IMG/VR virus record: IMGVR_UViG_3300020381_000037
Span: 1 to 26,363 of that record
From: a virus
Taxonomy: Duplodnaviria > Caudoviricetes
DNA: 26,363 bases
Strand: one strand, 5' to 3'
The translations under genes were made by a program, and so were the position numbers. Shown piece by piece: positions 23,696 to 26,363 of this stretch. Below the pieces are notes generated by a model that was given only the letters and a program-made list of their open reading frames with translations, did not search any database and was not told the origin of the DNA. Position 1 is the first letter of the stretch. Every line of letters starts with the position of its first letter.

Positions 23696-24565
23696 ATGAC
23701 ACAACCTAGAAGAGTCAACTATCTTAATAATAAGGATATTTTAAAACAGATCCATATAAGCAAACTTTCTTATTGTTATATCCAAGACGATAAATTTGCA
23801 AATGTAGATTTGATAGTAGATGATGTTAAGAAAATTAACAAGACTGCAATTAAACAAGCACAGGCTAACAAAGCCGCCAAGATGCAGACACTTGCATATC
23901 AACAATCTATAGCAGAAGGCAATTGGACTAAAAAGCCCAAGCAGAAAGAATTTGCAGTAGACCCAAAATCACTAGCAATAGATGAATTAGTATTCAGAGT
24001 AATGACGTATGAGCATATTCCAGATGAGATTGGTCGTAAGAAAACTACAAAGACTATTGCTGACACAAAAGCAAAAGTAAACTTTCCACCATTTAAGCAT
24101 TACATCTTAGACAGCAAAGGTATCAATCCTAGAGAAGTAGTAAGAAGTCATTGGGTAGGTGGACTACACAATGGACATTTTAGTGTGGACCATGGAAAGA
24201 TTACTAATGAGTTAGGCAAGATGTTTATGAAGTTAGTAGAACGTTACAGTCAACGAGGTAACTGGAGAGGTTACACTTATGTAGATGAGATGCGTGGTAC
24301 TGCTCTAGTACAGTTAGCACAAATTGGATTGCAATTTAATGAAGCAAAATCAGATAATCCATTTGCATATTATACTGCTACAGTTAATAACAGTTTTACA
24401 AGAGTGCTGAATTTGGAAAAACGTAACCAAACAATCAGAGACGATATATTAATTGAACAAGGTCACTTACCTAGTTATGGTAGACAAATTCAACATGAGA
24501 ATGAATTAAAAGCCATGAGAGATTCTGCTGAAGCAGAAGTTGACGTAGGTTCTGCAAAAGAGTAA
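23696..24565 (+). CDS. gp55: Phage late-transcription sigma factor, T4 gp55-like, 289 aa
   Basis: NYLNNKDIL at the N-terminus, and LGKMFMKLVERYSQRGNWRGYTYVDEM...FNEAKSDNPFAYYT...NSFTRVLNLEK, match the gp55 sigma-2 motifs. It lies upstream of gp47-gp46 as in T4-like phages. Confidence 0.88.
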   Translation: MTQPRRVNYLNNKDILKQIHISKLSYCYIQDDKFANVDLIVDDVKKINKTAIKQAQANKAAKMQTLAYQQSIAEGNWTKKPKQKEFAVDPKSLAIDELVFRVMTYEHIPDEIGRKKTTKTIADTKAKVNFPPFKHYILDSKGINPREVVRSHWVGGLHNGHFSVDHGKITNELGKMFMKLVERYSQRGNWRGYTYVDEMRGTALVQLAQIGLQFNEAKSDNPFAYYTATVNNSFTRVLNLEKRNQTIRDDILIEQGHLPSYGRQIQHENELKAMRDSAEAEVDVGSAKE

Positions 24566-24572
24566 ATCGCAT

Positions 24573-25589
24573 ATGGCAAACCTTTTTGAAAGGGCCGCAT
24601 GTTTTACAGATATACATTACGGCTTAAAACAAAATAGTAGACAACATTTAAAAGACTGCTACGATTTCGTGGAATGGTTCATTGCGGAAGCCAAAGCACG
24701 TGATTGTGAGACATGTATATTTTTAGGTGACTGGCATCATCATAGAGCAAGTATCAATATTGCAACTATGAATGCAACAATTCGAGACTTAAAAAAACTT
24801 AATGACGCATTTGAAAAAGTTTATGTTATTTTAGGTAATCACGATTTATACTACAGAGAGAAACGTGACTTAAACAGTATCGAGTTTGCTAGAGACTTGC
24901 CTAATATTGTGATGATAGATGAACATTTTTTAGAAGGAAATGTTTCTATTATACCTTGGTTAGTTGGAGATGAACACAAAAAACTAAACAAGATAGATTG
25001 CAAATACATGTTTGGACATTTTGAACTTCCGTATTTTAAAATGAATGCAATGGTAGAAATGCCAGACCATGGTGGTATTACTGCAAGTGATATCAGTAAT
25101 CCTGAATATGTGTTTAGTGGTCATTTCCATGCTAGACAATACAAAGGCAATATACATTACATTGGTAATGCTTTCCCACACAATTATGCAGACGCCGGAG
25201 ACAATGCCAGAGGTGCTATGTTTCTTAATTGGGGCGAAGAACCTATATATGTAGATTGGCCCGACTGTCCAAAATATTTAATGATGGGTTTGAGAGAATT
25301 ACTTGGCGAGCCTGAAAAATATTTAGATGAAAATACTCATGCAAGAATTAAACTTGATGTGCCTATTAGTTATGAAGAAGCAAACTTTATTAGAGAAACA
25401 TTTGCTAAACAATTTAATGTAAGAGAATTGCAACTTATTCCTATCAAAGAAGAGGAAGAAGCATTTGATGGTGTGGAAGTTGAATTTGAAAGTGTGGACC
25501 AAATTGTAATTAGCCAATTAGAAACAATAGATAGTCAAATTGTTGACAAAGAAAAATTAATTGAACTGTATAGGGATATTATTGTATAA
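24573..25589 (+). CDS. gp47: Recombination endonuclease subunit, gp47 (Mre11/SbcD-like metallophosphoesterase)
   Basis: All five phosphoesterase motifs are present: FTDIHYG, FLGDWHH, ILGNHD, FGHFE and FSGHFH. Confidence 0.93.
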   Translation: MANLFERAACFTDIHYGLKQNSRQHLKDCYDFVEWFIAEAKARDCETCIFLGDWHHHRASINIATMNATIRDLKKLNDAFEKVYVILGNHDLYYREKRDLNSIEFARDLPNIVMIDEHFLEGNVSIIPWLVGDEHKKLNKIDCKYMFGHFELPYFKMNAMVEMPDHGGITASDISNPEYVFSGHFHARQYKGNIHYIGNAFPHNYADAGDNARGAMFLNWGEEPIYVDWPDCPKYLMMGLRELLGEPEKYLDENTHARIKLDVPISYEEANFIRETFAKQFNVRELQLIPIKEEEEAFDGVEVEFESVDQIVISQLETIDSQIVDKEKLIELYRDIIV

Positions 25590-26363
25590 TGTTAAAGATT
25601 AAAAGTGTAAGTGCAAAAAACTTTATGAGTGTTGGCAACAACATGCAGGCAGTTAATTTTGATACTGACTCCTTGACATTGGTATTAGGTCATAACTTAG
25701 ACTTAGGAGGAGATGGCAGTAGAAATGGCACAGGTAAAACTACAATCATTAATGCATTAAGTTTTGCATTATATGGTGAAGCACTAACAAACATTCGTAA
25801 AGACAATCTCATAAACAAAACAAATGGCAAAGGAATGATTACTACTGTTGATTTTGAAATCAATGGTAAAGAATATAGAATTGAAAGAGGCAGACGTCCT
25901 AACATATTAAAATTTTATATTGACGGTGTAGAGCCTGATGACAATGAACAACAAGGCGACATGCGTGAAACACAAAAAGACATAGAAAAAATTATTGGCT
26001 TTCCGCATAATATGTTCAAACATTTAATTGCATTGAACACATACACTGATCCTTTTCTTAGTATGAAAGCAAATGACCAACGAGATATGATTGAACAGTT
26101 GTTGGGTATTACAGAAATAAGTTTAAAAGCAGAAGTACTAAAAGATAGATTGAAGGAAACTAGGGATAATATAAAAACAGAAGAAGCAAGAATAAAAGCA
26201 GTAACAAATGCAAATGAACGTGTAGAGAAAAATATCAAAGAGATAGAGTTAAGAGGCAGAGCATGGGAAAAGAACAAAGATGATAAAGTTAATGAATTAC
26301 AAACAAGTTTAGATGCATTGGAAAAAACTGATATTACTATGGAACTTGAAAACCATAGACAGA
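25589..26363 (+). CDS. gp46: Recombination ATPase subunit, gp46 (Rad50/SbcC-like), truncated by the window edge
   Basis: ATG at 25589 overlaps the gp47 TAA. It reads MLKIKSVSAKNFMSVGN...LVLGHNLDLGGDGSRNGTGKTTIINALSFALYG (Walker A) and continues into coiled coil. It is absent from the ORF track because no stop occurs in the window. Confidence 0.93.
   Translation, partial: MLKIKSVSAKNFMSVGNNMQAVNFDTDSLTLVLGHNLDLGGDGSRNGTGKTTIINALSFALYGEALTNIRKDNLINKTNGKGMITTVDFEINGKEYRIERGRRPNILKFYIDGVEPDDNEQQGDMRETQKDIEKIIGFPHNMFKHLIALNTYTDPFLSMKANDQRDMIEQLLGITEISLKAEVLKDRLKETRDNIKTEEARIKAVTNANERVEKNIKEIELRGRAWEKNKDDKVNELQTSLDALEKTDITMELENHRQ

Noticed and set aside
18262-26277. Short antisense or off-frame ORFs over gp5, hub, gp47 and gp46 (e.g. 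18699-19070, 25690-25905, 25915-26277)
   Set aside because: They overlap well-supported genes. The last two are shadows of the unlisted gp46 ORF.
24573-26363. Bacterial sbcDC, or a defence nuclease-ATPase pair
   Set aside because: The order gp55-gp47-gp46 and the sequence style fit the standard T4-like recombination module.
1-26363. CRISPR arrays, tRNAs, introns/inteins, DGR repeats, transposases
   Set aside because: By eye I saw no spaced direct repeats, cloverleafs, splice-junction or homing-endonuclease motifs, or reverse transcriptase. Intergenic space is under about 300 bp in total. Diverged elements cannot be excluded without computation.

Overview
This is an AT-rich, gene-dense segment of a large T4-related (probably jumbo) myovirus genome, read in the standard genetic code. 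Most of the minus strand is a baseplate/tail morphogenesis cluster: gp48/54-like, gp53-like LysM, gp27-like hub, gp5-like spike with a degenerate C-terminal lysozyme, gp25, an enlarged gp6-like wedge, and a giant virion protein of at least 3,858 aa. The giant protein runs off the left edge and is missing from the ORF track. A three-gene cassette on the plus strand (unknown protein, alpha/beta hydrolase, coiled-coil protein) splits the cluster between gp5 and gp25. At the right end a divergent operon encodes a gp55-like late sigma factor with a large insertion, gp47 (Mre11-like) and a truncated gp46 (Rad50-like). The most distinctive non-coding signal lies in the two divergent intergenic regions. 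Each carries GATAA(A/G)TA late-promoter-like boxes and a perfect 18-bp palindrome. They also share an upstream element at identical spacing and a 17/18-identical box+leader sequence. I saw no tRNA, rRNA, CRISPR array or mobile element. All family assignments come from motif recognition by eye, not database searches.
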